Shown here piece by piece: positions 43,122 through 53,058 of a stretch of DNA of 64,000 nucleotides. The notes under the pieces are model-generated. The model worked only from the letters and a program-made list of their open reading frames with translations, did not search any database and was not told the DNA's origin. The translations under genes were made by a program, and so were the position numbers. The number at the start of each line of letters is the position of its first letter. Within the stretch, counting starts at the first letter, position 1. The DNA comes from an uncultured bacterium (lineage in GTDB: Bacteria; Zixibacteria; MSB-5A5; GN15; FEB-12). Location of the stretch: positions 32,001 to 96,000 of the forward strand of contig CBDVDR010000006.1 of the NCBI GenBank assembly GCA_965372795.1, written 5' to 3'.

Positions 43122-43883
43122 ATGTCAAAAGCTAAATTAACTTTTTATAAATCATGCGACACTGAAATTATTATAAAAGAAGAAGTTGCTCTGGCGAGAA
43201 TAGCATGGCCAACTTTTATGCTACAGGACCCTGTTGCCTGGAAATATTTTGGCGAACTTTATTCAAACTTTAATGAGTTCCAATTCGGCTTAATCGAAGA
43301 ATCATCTGATAAACTTGTTGCCGTAGGAAACTGTATTCCGCTTTATTTTGACCAACCATTAGCTGAATTGCCTGCCAGAGGGTGGGATTGGGCATTACAA
43401 AAGGGTTGTGAAGATTTTAAAAATAATATCAAACCTAATCTGCTTTGTGCAATTCAAGTGATGTTAGATCCTGATTACTTAGGACAGGGACTAAGCTCAC
43501 AAATGGTAGGCCATATGCGGCAAATTGGAATCGATGCCGGATTGGACAACTTAATCGCTCCGGTTAGACCAAATAAAAAAACTGACTATCCTATGATTTC
43601 GATCAATGATTATATCACCTGGAAAAGTGATGACAATTTCCCTTTTGATCCCTGGCTGAGAGTTCACAGTCGATTGGGAGCTTCGATATTACACCCATGT
43701 GAAAAATCGATGCTGATCTCTGGAAAAATCAGCGACTGGGAAGAATGGACCGGAATGAAATTCCCACAAAATGGTAACTACCCCGTTCCGGGAGCCTTGA
43801 GTCCTATTAGTATTGACCTTGAATCCAACACCGGATTATACACCGAACCTAATGTCTGGATGGTACATAAACTCAAAGAATAG
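43122..43883 (+). CDS. GNAT-family N-acetyltransferase-like protein
   Basis: Acetyl-CoA motif YLGQGLS; APVRP, DPWLRVH and YTEPNVW motifs. Confidence 0.8.
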   Translation: MSKAKLTFYKSCDTEIIIKEEVALARIAWPTFMLQDPVAWKYFGELYSNFNEFQFGLIEESSDKLVAVGNCIPLYFDQPLAELPARGWDWALQKGCEDFKNNIKPNLLCAIQVMLDPDYLGQGLSSQMVGHMRQIGIDAGLDNLIAPVRPNKKTDYPMISINDYITWKSDDNFPFDPWLRVHSRLGASILHPCEKSMLISGKISDWEEWTGMKFPQNGNYPVPGALSPISIDLESNTGLYTEPNVWMVHKLKE

Positions 43884-43907
43884 GGTTATAATCCATAAAT
43901 CTTTAAC

Positions 43908-43935
43908 TTGAAAATCTGAGTATATTTTATATATT
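43908..43935 (+). promoter_or_regulatory. Possible sigma70-type promoter for tRNA-Thr
   Basis: TTGAAA-16 nt-TATATT about 18 nt upstream of the tRNA. The AT-rich context weakens the call. Confidence 0.4.
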
Positions 43936-43953
43936 TATGCCTGCATTTTGTTA

Positions 43954-44026
<73 letters not shown>

Positions 44027-44045
44027 CTTATGTGATTGTCTCTCC

Positions 44046-45023
44046 TTGACATACGCTCCTCATATCTCGCGATACATTAACTTGAATTGCCCAAATGGGC
44101 TCCTGACTGTGAGGAAATTATGTCTAGTGAGAGTTGAACAGACTGAATGGTCACCCTTACTCTATTCTATTAAGGTTGATTGCCAACAAAGGAACCTCTC
44201 CCCTAAAACTATAAGCGTGTATTTCGAGAGGATATGGTATTTAGCTGATTACATGAACCAAAGCAGTTTGACTGTACAAGATGTTAACAAGCAAATTATC
44301 CAACAGTACATCCTGTCCATCAAGGACACTGTATCCAGTGAAACTGTCAATGGAAGAATCAGAGCCTTCCGCAGGTTCTTTAACTACCTAGTCGAGGAGA
44401 ACCTATGGGACAAAGCCAGCCCAATGATTGGGATTAGACTACTCAAAACAGCAAAGAGCATTAAAAAGATCATCAACCAGGAAGAGATACAACTCATACT
44501 CAATGGCTTGGATAGGAACAGATTTGAAGGCGCTCGAAATATTCTTATGGTCCTTCTCTTCTGGGATGGGATGATCAGAAAGAGTGAGCTGTTGAATCTC
44601 AAGATTGAAGACTTAGACTTCAACTCAAGACTTATCAAAGTATTTGGTAAGGGTCGTAAAGAGAGAATGGTCCCTATCGGTCTAAAAACATTGAAGACTA
44701 TACATAACTTCTTAAGCAAATGGAGGAGCAAGTACTCGGGAGATTATCTCTTCTGCATGAGCGATGGCCAACCGATCAAAGACAGGCATTACCATAAGAT
44801 CATTCAACGGATCGGACAGAGACATGACATCAAGCTTCATCCACACTTGATCCGACATTCGGCTGCCACCTTCTATATCCAACAGGGTGGTAACCCGGCG
44901 ATCCTACAACAGATCTTAGGACATACAAGTTTATCAGTGACCCAGAAGTATTTACATCTATCGAATAAGGACATGGTAAATAGCTATAATTCATTCAGTC
45001 CATCGAATGCAATTAGAATTTAG
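44046..45023 (+). CDS. Tyrosine recombinase/integrase (XerC/D-like length)
   Basis: Catalytic set present: R (IRKSEL), K (GKGRKER), HxxR (HLIRH), H (LGH), Y (QKYLH). True start uncertain (GTG 44109 or 44127 plausible). Confidence 0.93.
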   Translation: MTYAPHISRYINLNCPNGLLTVRKLCLVRVEQTEWSPLLYSIKVDCQQRNLSPKTISVYFERIWYLADYMNQSSLTVQDVNKQIIQQYILSIKDTVSSETVNGRIRAFRRFFNYLVEENLWDKASPMIGIRLLKTAKSIKKIINQEEIQLILNGLDRNRFEGARNILMVLLFWDGMIRKSELLNLKIEDLDFNSRLIKVFGKGRKERMVPIGLKTLKTIHNFLSKWRSKYSGDYLFCMSDGQPIKDRHYHKIIQRIGQRHDIKLHPHLIRHSAATFYIQQGGNPAILQQILGHTSLSVTQKYLHLSNKDMVNSYNSFSPSNAIRI

Positions 45024-45385
45024 AATTGTCATGTATGAAAGAGTAGTTTTAATTTGATGTACTAACTCGTAAACTCAGTTTTTCAGGTGTTATGTGATCG
45101 AAGCAACACTTCTGTAAGCTTATAGTGACCATGTGATTTCACGTTTAAGGTTGTTGAGTTTTGGCTTCAGTAGGTTGTGACCTATTTGAGTTACCCCTAC
45201 ACGTTTTTCGACTCATTATTGAGATACTTGCTGTATTCGTAGAGAATAGCAGGAATTGCTGCATCTATAGCTTCATCAATTCAACTATCATTAGCTGGAT
45301 AACTTGATTCTAACAAAACGCATGGAGGCTGGTAATTCAATATAATGGCTAAAGAAAAAAAGAAGAACAACGAACGATTATTAAA

Positions 45386-45583
45386 ATGAGTTCTACACGC
45401 GACAAAGCGATTAAACTCTTTACCTACCTGAAAGAGTTATCGAAGCTCCGAACAACGCCAACTAAGGATGTTGCAAAGTATTATGAGATTCTTTGGTTTT
45501 CGGATATTCCAGAGGAAAATGATTGTCATTGTATAGCATGGGATTTGTGGACCCAGTCAGAAGAAGAAAAGGACAGAACGACG
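45386..45583 (+). pseudogene. 5' fragment of a larger gene; resembles the N-terminus of large AAA/SF1-helicase-type island proteins
   Basis: MSSTRDKAIKLFTYLKELSKLRTTP...YEILWFSDIP reads as a natural protein start, then runs directly into the antisense of the carboxypeptidase 3' end. Family assignment is from memory only. Confidence 0.5.
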
Positions 45584-48130
45584 TCAGTCTATACAGCCAC
45601 ATATTGGCGCCACTCCATCATTAAATAAATAGTCAACAAAGTTGGTCAGGTCTGAGACGTTGAGGCTGCAACTAGCGTCCACATCGAACTCGCTCTGACA
45701 GATTGGGGCTACACCATCTTCTGCAAACATGTACTCTACAAAATACGTCAGGTCGGATATACCTACACTTCCATCGTCATTCGCATCTCCAGCCAGATTG
45801 CAGCACATTTCGCATTGATCACCAATACCGTTCCCATTGCCGTCCGTCTGATTAGGGTTGTAAACATCGACACAGTTATCACAGACGTTGCCGACACCAT
45901 CGATATCGCTGTCTACCTGGTCTGGATTGTAAGTCGTGGGACAATTGTCAAGGGCGTATCCAATTCCGTCATTGTCACTGTCAAGGTCAATCAATGGAAA
46001 CGTAATGTCATCTAACCAGGCGGCATCACTTCCCATGGAAAGCGAAACATCTTTCGTATATTGCCACATGAAAGTATGATCGCCGGCAGTGACTGGAAAA
46101 ACCGCCTGCATCCAGTCAACTTCCCCGGAGTATTTTCCCTCTTCATCGCCGTCAATATAAAACCTCAGGTAGTCCCAGCCACTTTCAGAAGAAACCTTGT
46201 AAAAGAACGAAATCGTTCCAGCCTGTCGGCTCTCCATGGTTACTTTAAACTCGGTCGACTGCATATGTGTGATTGTACCCGATTGCGAATCAAAGGTACC
46301 CTGGTATACTGCGCTGTCATTAATTTCCCAAACTTGTTCCCCTTCCAGCACCCAGTCAAATCGGTTGTAGTCGCCGGACTCAAAATTCTCTACTTCCAGA
46401 CCGACTGTAAACTCAAATATCAGACTATCAGAATAGCCACCATCGGCTGTAACCAGTAGAGCAAATTCTACTGTCTTGGGAAGCGGTGTTGATGATGCGA
46501 CTGTGAACTTAAATGGTGAAAGGGAACTGCCCTGCCCACCCAAAGCCTCAATGTCGGTAAGAGATACCGTATCCAATAGAATACTTATGTCGGTATCAGT
46601 AGTCACCAGACTCGCGTCTACTGCCTCGGCGTTACCTGCTCCATTGTTGACTAGCAATACGTTCATATAAGCGGTATCACCGGGAAAGATCGATGTTCCA
46701 TCGTGAGAGCTGAAGGCCAGTGATGGTTCTTGGACTTCGGGCACCAATTGCACATTAACAACTGTGATAGATCCGGTCGTTGAAGTCGCCGAGTTAACTG
46801 TCTGTGTGATGTAGCCAGGGGACGAAAACTCCAGATCATATGTACCATCCTCGATCATGCGGTGGTAATCACCCACTTGTGGGTCTGTCCGAACTTGAGA
46901 ACTGTCCTGATCCAGGTCGTAACCTACAACAGTCACCAGTGCAGAAACCGCTAGACCTGACTGAGCGTCTGTTACAATGCCCCTGATGCCGTAGCGAGCC
47001 TGCCCAAGATAGGTGAGCATCGACTTACGGTTGTACGTCCAGAATGCAGCAAGTTGTGAAGATGGTGGCAACTTTTCATTTGATAGCTCCAATGTTACTT
47101 CCCGACAGTGATGCCAGTAGTTCATAAAATCCTGGCGTCCCCCTTCAACAGAATACCAGTCATAACCGTTGGTTATGCCATCGTCAAAACTACTCATATA
47201 TCCGGAGGGACTGTTGGCCTGAGCCGTATCAGCATACTGGTGACAAATATCCTGCCACCAAGTATCATCGACATGTCGCCTGACCCAGGTATCCCACGGA
47301 TAGTTGACAACCTCAACTCCACCGTGCATGTTCGCCGAGATGACAAAATGATGCTCTCCGGCAAAATTCATCATCGCCACCGTCTCCATTTGCCAGGAAT
47401 TGCCGTCAGGATGTTGGCCGTCATCCGGATCGGGATAATTGCGGTTCAGGTCAATTCCATTGGCGTTGTAGCGACGGGCTCCACTGACACTACCGTTTCC
47501 TGTCCAATATGTGCCATCCGGATTCGCTAGCGGATTGATCCAGATTTCCATATCATCAATCATGTCAGTTATCTGAGCGTCTGTGCCATAGGCGGACAAA
47601 AGGCTATCGATTAGCCGCAGGCACAGTACATAGCCAACTGTTTCGTCGCCGTGCATGGTTGAAGTGTACATAACTTCCGGCTCATCCTCTTCGATGGCGA
47701 CGTTATCAGATATCTTAACATACAGTAGTTGACGGCCCTGCACACTAAAACCGATATTCTGCACCTGGCACAGCGAAGGGTAGTCTGTAGCGAATTGATA
47801 CATCATTGAAAGATAGGTATCGTACGTCGGGTACACATCCCAGTCCTCCATAGCGACCCGGCTGCTTCCCATATCCGGTATGACGAGAGTTGATGGATGG
47901 GGCAATGTCGTGAATTCATAACCGAGTTTGATAAACGAAGCGAGTGTGTGGTCGTTAGCATAAGCATATACGGTATCTCCAACGACTTTGTCGATAGATA
48001 TCATCCGCGTGAGCTTTTCCAGTTCAACTCGGTCGGAAATATTGAATCTGAAGTAGTGTTCCGAAATGTCGACAGCGATTGCCGTGGTGGCAATCGCTGC
48101 TATCAATAAAACATTAAAGAAATATTTCAT
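45584..48130 (-). CDS. Secreted M14 zinc carboxypeptidase (CPD/N/E-like) with accessory domains, TSP3 repeats and C-terminal dockerin-like domain
   Basis: HGDE, NPDG, RYNANGIDLNRNYP, SANMHGG, GGRQD and EVTLEL motifs; transthyretin-like domain (GIRGIVTD); DNCP/DxDxDGxGD repeats; duplicated Ca-loop tail. Confidence 0.92.
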   Translation of the reverse strand: MKYFFNVLLIAAIATTAIAVDISEHYFRFNISDRVELEKLTRMISIDKVVGDTVYAYANDHTLASFIKLGYEFTTLPHPSTLVIPDMGSSRVAMEDWDVYPTYDTYLSMMYQFATDYPSLCQVQNIGFSVQGRQLLYVKISDNVAIEEDEPEVMYTSTMHGDETVGYVLCLRLIDSLLSAYGTDAQITDMIDDMEIWINPLANPDGTYWTGNGSVSGARRYNANGIDLNRNYPDPDDGQHPDGNSWQMETVAMMNFAGEHHFVISANMHGGVEVVNYPWDTWVRRHVDDTWWQDICHQYADTAQANSPSGYMSSFDDGITNGYDWYSVEGGRQDFMNYWHHCREVTLELSNEKLPPSSQLAAFWTYNRKSMLTYLGQARYGIRGIVTDAQSGLAVSALVTVVGYDLDQDSSQVRTDPQVGDYHRMIEDGTYDLEFSSPGYITQTVNSATSTTGSITVVNVQLVPEVQEPSLAFSSHDGTSIFPGDTAYMNVLLVNNGAGNAEAVDASLVTTDTDISILLDTVSLTDIEALGGQGSSLSPFKFTVASSTPLPKTVEFALLVTADGGYSDSLIFEFTVGLEVENFESGDYNRFDWVLEGEQVWEINDSAVYQGTFDSQSGTITHMQSTEFKVTMESRQAGTISFFYKVSSESGWDYLRFYIDGDEEGKYSGEVDWMQAVFPVTAGDHTFMWQYTKDVSLSMGSDAAWLDDITFPLIDLDSDNDGIGYALDNCPTTYNPDQVDSDIDGVGNVCDNCVDVYNPNQTDGNGNGIGDQCEMCCNLAGDANDDGSVGISDLTYFVEYMFAEDGVAPICQSEFDVDASCSLNVSDLTNFVDYLFNDGVAPICGCID

Positions 48131-48173
48131 AGTTGCATGTGTGACGTTCCCGCCAGATGCGACACTCAGGTCG

Positions 48174-51100
48174 TTACTGGCAGACTAGTGCTGTACCTCC
48201 ATTAAACAGGTAGTTAACAAAGTATGTGATATCCGACACTGTCAACTCGCCATTACCGTCAACGTCAGCAGCGTCAATAACCGGTGGCTGGGAACCATTG
48301 ACGAACAAGTAATCCACCAGGTAAGTCAGGTCTGAAATGTTCGGCATACTTCCATCGTTGTTAATATCGCCACAAATATACGGCGGTTCGTCACTGACAG
48401 TCAACTGGGCAGGCACTGTCCACGTATTATTCTCGGGGTCGTTGCTGTTAATAATAACGTTGGCATCATAGACACCCACATCCAAACCTTCCGCGAGGAA
48501 CTTGCAGGTGATCGTATCTGTTTCTCCGGCCGCCAGGTTGCCTGATTCACTGGATAGATTCAACCACAGTTGCGGCTCATAGAATTGAATCGCCAGGTCG
48601 TCGTGCAAATAAGAGGTCAAGTAAGCTACTTCCAGGCCATCGGTGCCTTTGGCATCCTCGATACCTATTGCACAATTAGCAATATCAAATCCAGCCGCTA
48701 TTGATAGATATTGGAAAGTGATTTTACCGGACGAGTACAGAATCACTTCGGCGTTGATAACCTCGCCGGCAGAGGCACCGTACTCAGGATAATCAGCAAA
48801 CTGAATCACACATCTTTCTGGAGATACATCAATGTATACATGAACATCCGGATTGTCGCCATCCAACGGATTCAGGTCATCCCATAGCCAGGCTAGGATG
48901 TTGTTCGGTGTAGAATTGGTGGGGATGCTGGTCTTGGAATAGGAATCCATCTCGTCAGTCTCGAATCCGATAATACCGTTAGAACCGACATACAACTGAT
49001 TATAGGATGTACCGTAGTAGTTGAAATCGAATCCGATAGCATAAGGACCGCCATAGTTGTCATCCTCCAGATCAGCGACCACATCGATACCGGTAGCAGA
49101 AACGTCAAGCCAATCGAACATCGGACCACCCGCCTCATCAGAATCAATCCAATAATAACCATACAGATCGGGACCGCCGGCATTCTTGGTGACTGCTGTA
49201 CCTTCACGCCTATCATCAATGCCTTTCGCCTTGGAAAAATCGTGGAACCCTTCCGGATAGGCACGTCTCGCTGGCTCGATATCGCCTGATGCCAGTAATC
49301 TCTCGAATACGGCATTCTTTATAGTCGGCTGTATTTTTACACTGTAATTTAGTCCTCCGGGGCCAATGTTTGAGATAATCAAGTCAGCCTCGGTGCTGTC
49401 GTCTATCATCAACATTTCGCTGAAATTCCCAGGAGTAACCGAGATGTCCGGTGCGAAATCGATATGGATGTCATCAACGAACCAGTCATCGAAGTCCTCG
49501 CCAGAACCGTTACTCCGGAAGCGAAGCTGGAAACCTGGGTGATAAGCATCGTCTGGAAGACCCAAACTGACTAAAGTGAACACTCCCTGGTTACTGCCAC
49601 TGCCGGCGTATCCGGACAGCTGATTCCAACGGCCGAAATCGTTAAGGTACTCTATCCACAAAGAGTCTTCGGCGTCGGGCGCTTCCCCACTACCGCCTTC
49701 TTGGTAACTGTACGAGACGATAACGCCTGCTTTCTGTGAAAGATCAATAAGTTGCGTCACAGCCGTGTCAACACCACCGTTAAGATTCATGGAATAGGGT
49801 GGCGATGGAGGATTCAATCCATCAATAACAACATCTATTCCCGCGCTATAATACCAGCGTTCAGCATCTAGTGATGCCTCTGGGAACGGCTCAAACCATG
49901 GGTAGCCAGCAGGTACACCTGCCGCTACAGCCACGATTGTAGTACTGCCTGAAACTTCACTGTCGCCCTGAGACCTAACCTCAACCATGCTCGTATCGGC
50001 CTCATTCATGGCCGCCGAGCCGGGGATGGCTACCTCGGCTACTATTTTTACTGAATCGCCGACCGACACTAGGCCCGTAGTTGAGAGCGAAGTAACGCCA
50101 TCTTCCTCGTAAAAAGCAACAGTCCACATCCCATCGGATGAACTCAAGTCATAAGTATCATCATAAAGACCACGGTTATATATAGTCAGAAGAAATGCGG
50201 CATTCCCACCAGAAGGACCGCTGTTAGTAGCAAAAGTTGGTACCACCCTGATGTCGTAATCACTAGGGTGTCCTACAAACACGTCATCGATGAACCAATC
50301 ATCAAGACTGCTCGTACCCGAAGTACCGGAGCTCATAAACCGCAGACGGAAATTACTATGGTAAGCGTCTCCCGGGGTAAAGGTCTCAACCTCGATAAAC
50401 TCTGTCATGTCCTCACCATCACCCAATTGCTGAGAAAGCAGCTGCCAACCCCCAAGGGAATCGAGATACTCGACAAACAGATCATCTCCGGACTCAGGAG
50501 AGTCTCCACCACCGGTGCGTTGATACCAGAAACTGACAATCACATTGGTCTCACTCTTAAGATTGATTGCCTGTGACATCACGGTATCGGCCCCGGTTGG
50601 GCTGCCGTCTAGATTCAAACTAAATGGCAATGAGGGTGTATTCAGGCCCAGCGTGCTTGATTCACCGTTCACGTTCATAATCCACTTCCCCACATCAATC
50701 GTTGCTGTCGGGAAAATGTCCTCAAACGGAATTGCAAATGGTTCTCCTGCTGAAGTGGTCTTCAATCCGATCAGACCAGCTACTTCCGGGTCAGCCAATG
50801 AACTAATTTTAATGGTCACACTGTCGTAATCGCCGTACATGCTGACAGGAACTGCAACCATGACCTTGAGTGAAAGTGATTCGTCCATGGCCAGTACACC
50901 GGTGGAACTTATTTCCGCACTACCTGTCTCATCGAAAAACTTGGTTGGCCAGGCATTGCCCGAAACAGCCATACCGTATTCATCATCATAAACACCGATA
51001 TTAGTTACGGTCAAATTGTACCAAGCCGTGTCATTAGCCGCCACAGTTCGTTCATCATACGATGGAGTAACTGACAAGCCATAATCAATCACCTGGAAAC

Positions 51101-52724
51101 TGAAGACATCGGTTGTATCAGATTTACCTTCATCGTCACGGGCAAAAAGGTAGTAATTTATCACCGTGCCCGGTGACTGAGCGGTTATAAATGCGCTAAA
51201 TTCGTCAGGTTGACCGTTCGAAGTAAGCAGCTCTGTATACCAGGCAGAACTAATCTCATAATACAACAACAGTGAGTCGGTGGTGAGGGGCGCATTGGAT
51301 TTGATAGAAGCTGTTACTTCATAGTCGTTCACGTCATCCCTCGTATCCTCAAGAGGGGTATGAGTAATTTTTATGCCGGCGGCATCGCGACCATTAAGGA
51401 CGAGAGCGCCAGTGTTGTCGGGATCGAGCCAGTCCCTCAAACGTGTTGAAGCACTACTGCCGTTATCCCAGGAAACCGAAGTTTTGCCATACCAATCGGA
51501 TGTTATGCTTGCACAGGAAGCATAGCCACCGTGAAGCTGACCGACAATGCGATGTTCAAAATCATAGATGGGAGACCCTGAAGAACCCGGCTCGGTGGTT
51601 CCGTCTTCCCAGTCATCGACGCGCCAGTGTGAATTATCACCGGCTGACTCACCTAGATAAGATGTCGAACTTAGTTCATCGTAGTTGAAAGATATCTTCT
51701 TGATATCTCCATCAGGGTGATGGATAGCCACACAACTGTCGGCGGTAGTATCGATAGCTGACCATCCAGAGTAATAAACATTATATGAGTCTGGAGGTGG
51801 TTCAGTGAGTTCAAGCAGACCAAAATCTGAAATGCTCGCACTAGCAAGTAGAGTCGATCCAGAAACCGACATCCACGTCGGTCCATCGACATTGGCGCAA
51901 GATGGACTCTCATAGTTAAAAATAAATACCCACGTCTCCTCGCCGCCCAGACAGTGATTGGCGGTCAGGAAGTAAGGTGTGAGGTCTTCTCGAACATTGT
52001 TTATCAAAGATCCCGTACAAAGCCGGAAGCCACCACTGGTTGTAATAAGGGCTACCGCCCGTTTGTCTTCCTGCCAGTCTGTCCCCTCAGCACAGTTTAC
52101 GTTGTTGTTGCAGGAACCGGATCCACCAAAGTCACGACCTTGATCTATCACCTCAGCCCTAAACACATTCTTGTAAGCATGTACAATCCGCTGAATTTCA
52201 ATAATACCCTGTCCTCTTACCGCGGCCGGCTCGTAATACTCGAGAATGCACACGTCGCCAGGCACAGGAGCGGTTGCAAATTTGCCATAATCTTTGTTAT
52301 TTTTTGATGTAAAGGCACCAATGACATGACTGAAGTCTTCATTGTAAATGAACAGTTTGGCGCCTGCAGGAAGCGAAAACTCCCGGTAAATCAGATTAAT
52401 AGAAAACGCATCATGAGTGGCTATGCGTAACCTCCAGACGGCGCTCCCGTCATTCAAATCATTCCAGGTTCCGCTGTTCTCCAAGTTGTAGCCAACCTCA
52501 AAAGGAGTGCCAAACCTGTATGGAATCCCCTTACCCTGTTCGATCTCATCCTCAGCCAGAAGAGCCTCAACATCTACATCCGGCATCTGAACCGTATGCA
52601 TTACAGCTGACAGAGTCCTGGAGACACTTATCGGCTGGCCGCCTTCGCTAATCTGTGCATGGGTCGCTCCCATAATTAACAAACATAGAGCTATAGTGAG
52701 GTAACAGATTCTGTTCATAAACAT
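48174..52724 (-). CDS. Secreted lysyl-endopeptidase-like S1 serine protease with multiple beta domains and C-terminal dockerin-like domain
   Basis: Signal peptide and pro-region; CTGSL, TANHC (His), SDFGLLEL (Asp), IHHP, TTEPGSSGSP (Ser), GQLHGG; internal duplicated domains; CGDINNDG...ADVDGNG tail. Confidence 0.92.
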   Translation of the reverse strand: MFMNRICYLTIALCLLIMGATHAQISEGGQPISVSRTLSAVMHTVQMPDVDVEALLAEDEIEQGKGIPYRFGTPFEVGYNLENSGTWNDLNDGSAVWRLRIATHDAFSINLIYREFSLPAGAKLFIYNEDFSHVIGAFTSKNNKDYGKFATAPVPGDVCILEYYEPAAVRGQGIIEIQRIVHAYKNVFRAEVIDQGRDFGGSGSCNNNVNCAEGTDWQEDKRAVALITTSGGFRLCTGSLINNVREDLTPYFLTANHCLGGEETWVFIFNYESPSCANVDGPTWMSVSGSTLLASASISDFGLLELTEPPPDSYNVYYSGWSAIDTTADSCVAIHHPDGDIKKISFNYDELSSTSYLGESAGDNSHWRVDDWEDGTTEPGSSGSPIYDFEHRIVGQLHGGYASCASITSDWYGKTSVSWDNGSSASTRLRDWLDPDNTGALVLNGRDAAGIKITHTPLEDTRDDVNDYEVTASIKSNAPLTTDSLLLYYEISSAWYTELLTSNGQPDEFSAFITAQSPGTVINYYLFARDDEGKSDTTDVFSFQVIDYGLSVTPSYDERTVAANDTAWYNLTVTNIGVYDDEYGMAVSGNAWPTKFFDETGSAEISSTGVLAMDESLSLKVMVAVPVSMYGDYDSVTIKISSLADPEVAGLIGLKTTSAGEPFAIPFEDIFPTATIDVGKWIMNVNGESSTLGLNTPSLPFSLNLDGSPTGADTVMSQAINLKSETNVIVSFWYQRTGGGDSPESGDDLFVEYLDSLGGWQLLSQQLGDGEDMTEFIEVETFTPGDAYHSNFRLRFMSSGTSGTSSLDDWFIDDVFVGHPSDYDIRVVPTFATNSGPSGGNAAFLLTIYNRGLYDDTYDLSSSDGMWTVAFYEEDGVTSLSTTGLVSVGDSVKIVAEVAIPGSAAMNEADTSMVEVRSQGDSEVSGSTTIVAVAAGVPAGYPWFEPFPEASLDAERWYYSAGIDVVIDGLNPPSPPYSMNLNGGVDTAVTQLIDLSQKAGVIVSYSYQEGGSGEAPDAEDSLWIEYLNDFGRWNQLSGYAGSGSNQGVFTLVSLGLPDDAYHPGFQLRFRSNGSGEDFDDWFVDDIHIDFAPDISVTPGNFSEMLMIDDSTEADLIISNIGPGGLNYSVKIQPTIKNAVFERLLASGDIEPARRAYPEGFHDFSKAKGIDDRREGTAVTKNAGGPDLYGYYWIDSDEAGGPMFDWLDVSATGIDVVADLEDDNYGGPYAIGFDFNYYGTSYNQLYVGSNGIIGFETDEMDSYSKTSIPTNSTPNNILAWLWDDLNPLDGDNPDVHVYIDVSPERCVIQFADYPEYGASAGEVINAEVILYSSGKITFQYLSIAAGFDIANCAIGIEDAKGTDGLEVAYLTSYLHDDLAIQFYEPQLWLNLSSESGNLAAGETDTITCKFLAEGLDVGVYDANVIINSNDPENNTWTVPAQLTVSDEPPYICGDINNDGSMPNISDLTYLVDYLFVNGSQPPVIDAADVDGNGELTVSDITYFVNYLFNGGTALVCQ

Positions 52725-53007
52725 ACATCCTTTTCTCGAAGTATTGGTTACTCTTCAACTCTCCGGTCTGTGAATCAACAAAGATTGTGGCTGCCCGCAT
52801 TGGAATCTCCAATCGGCAATTGCCTCACTTTCAGCGTCCTTCCGCCTGTACCGGATCCCAGTATATTACAGAGTGGACATTAAAACACAAATCGTCCTTT
52901 CCGGTTCATTAATCTTGAAATGAGCAGAATCTTTATCTTCAAACGCGTCGGCTATACTGTCGAACCACATCGCTAATAACTTCTTAGCAACTGAACATCT
53001 CAATTGA

Positions 53008-53038
53008 AACCCGCCGGTATCAATTATACCGGCGAGTT
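53008..53038 (-). terminator. Probable terminator after the 1342-aa gene
   Basis: AACCCGCCGGTAT-CAATT-ATACCGGCGAGTT stem; only a short T-run on the minus strand. Confidence 0.65.
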
Positions 53039-53058
53039 GTTGTTTTTGAGCTATATGC

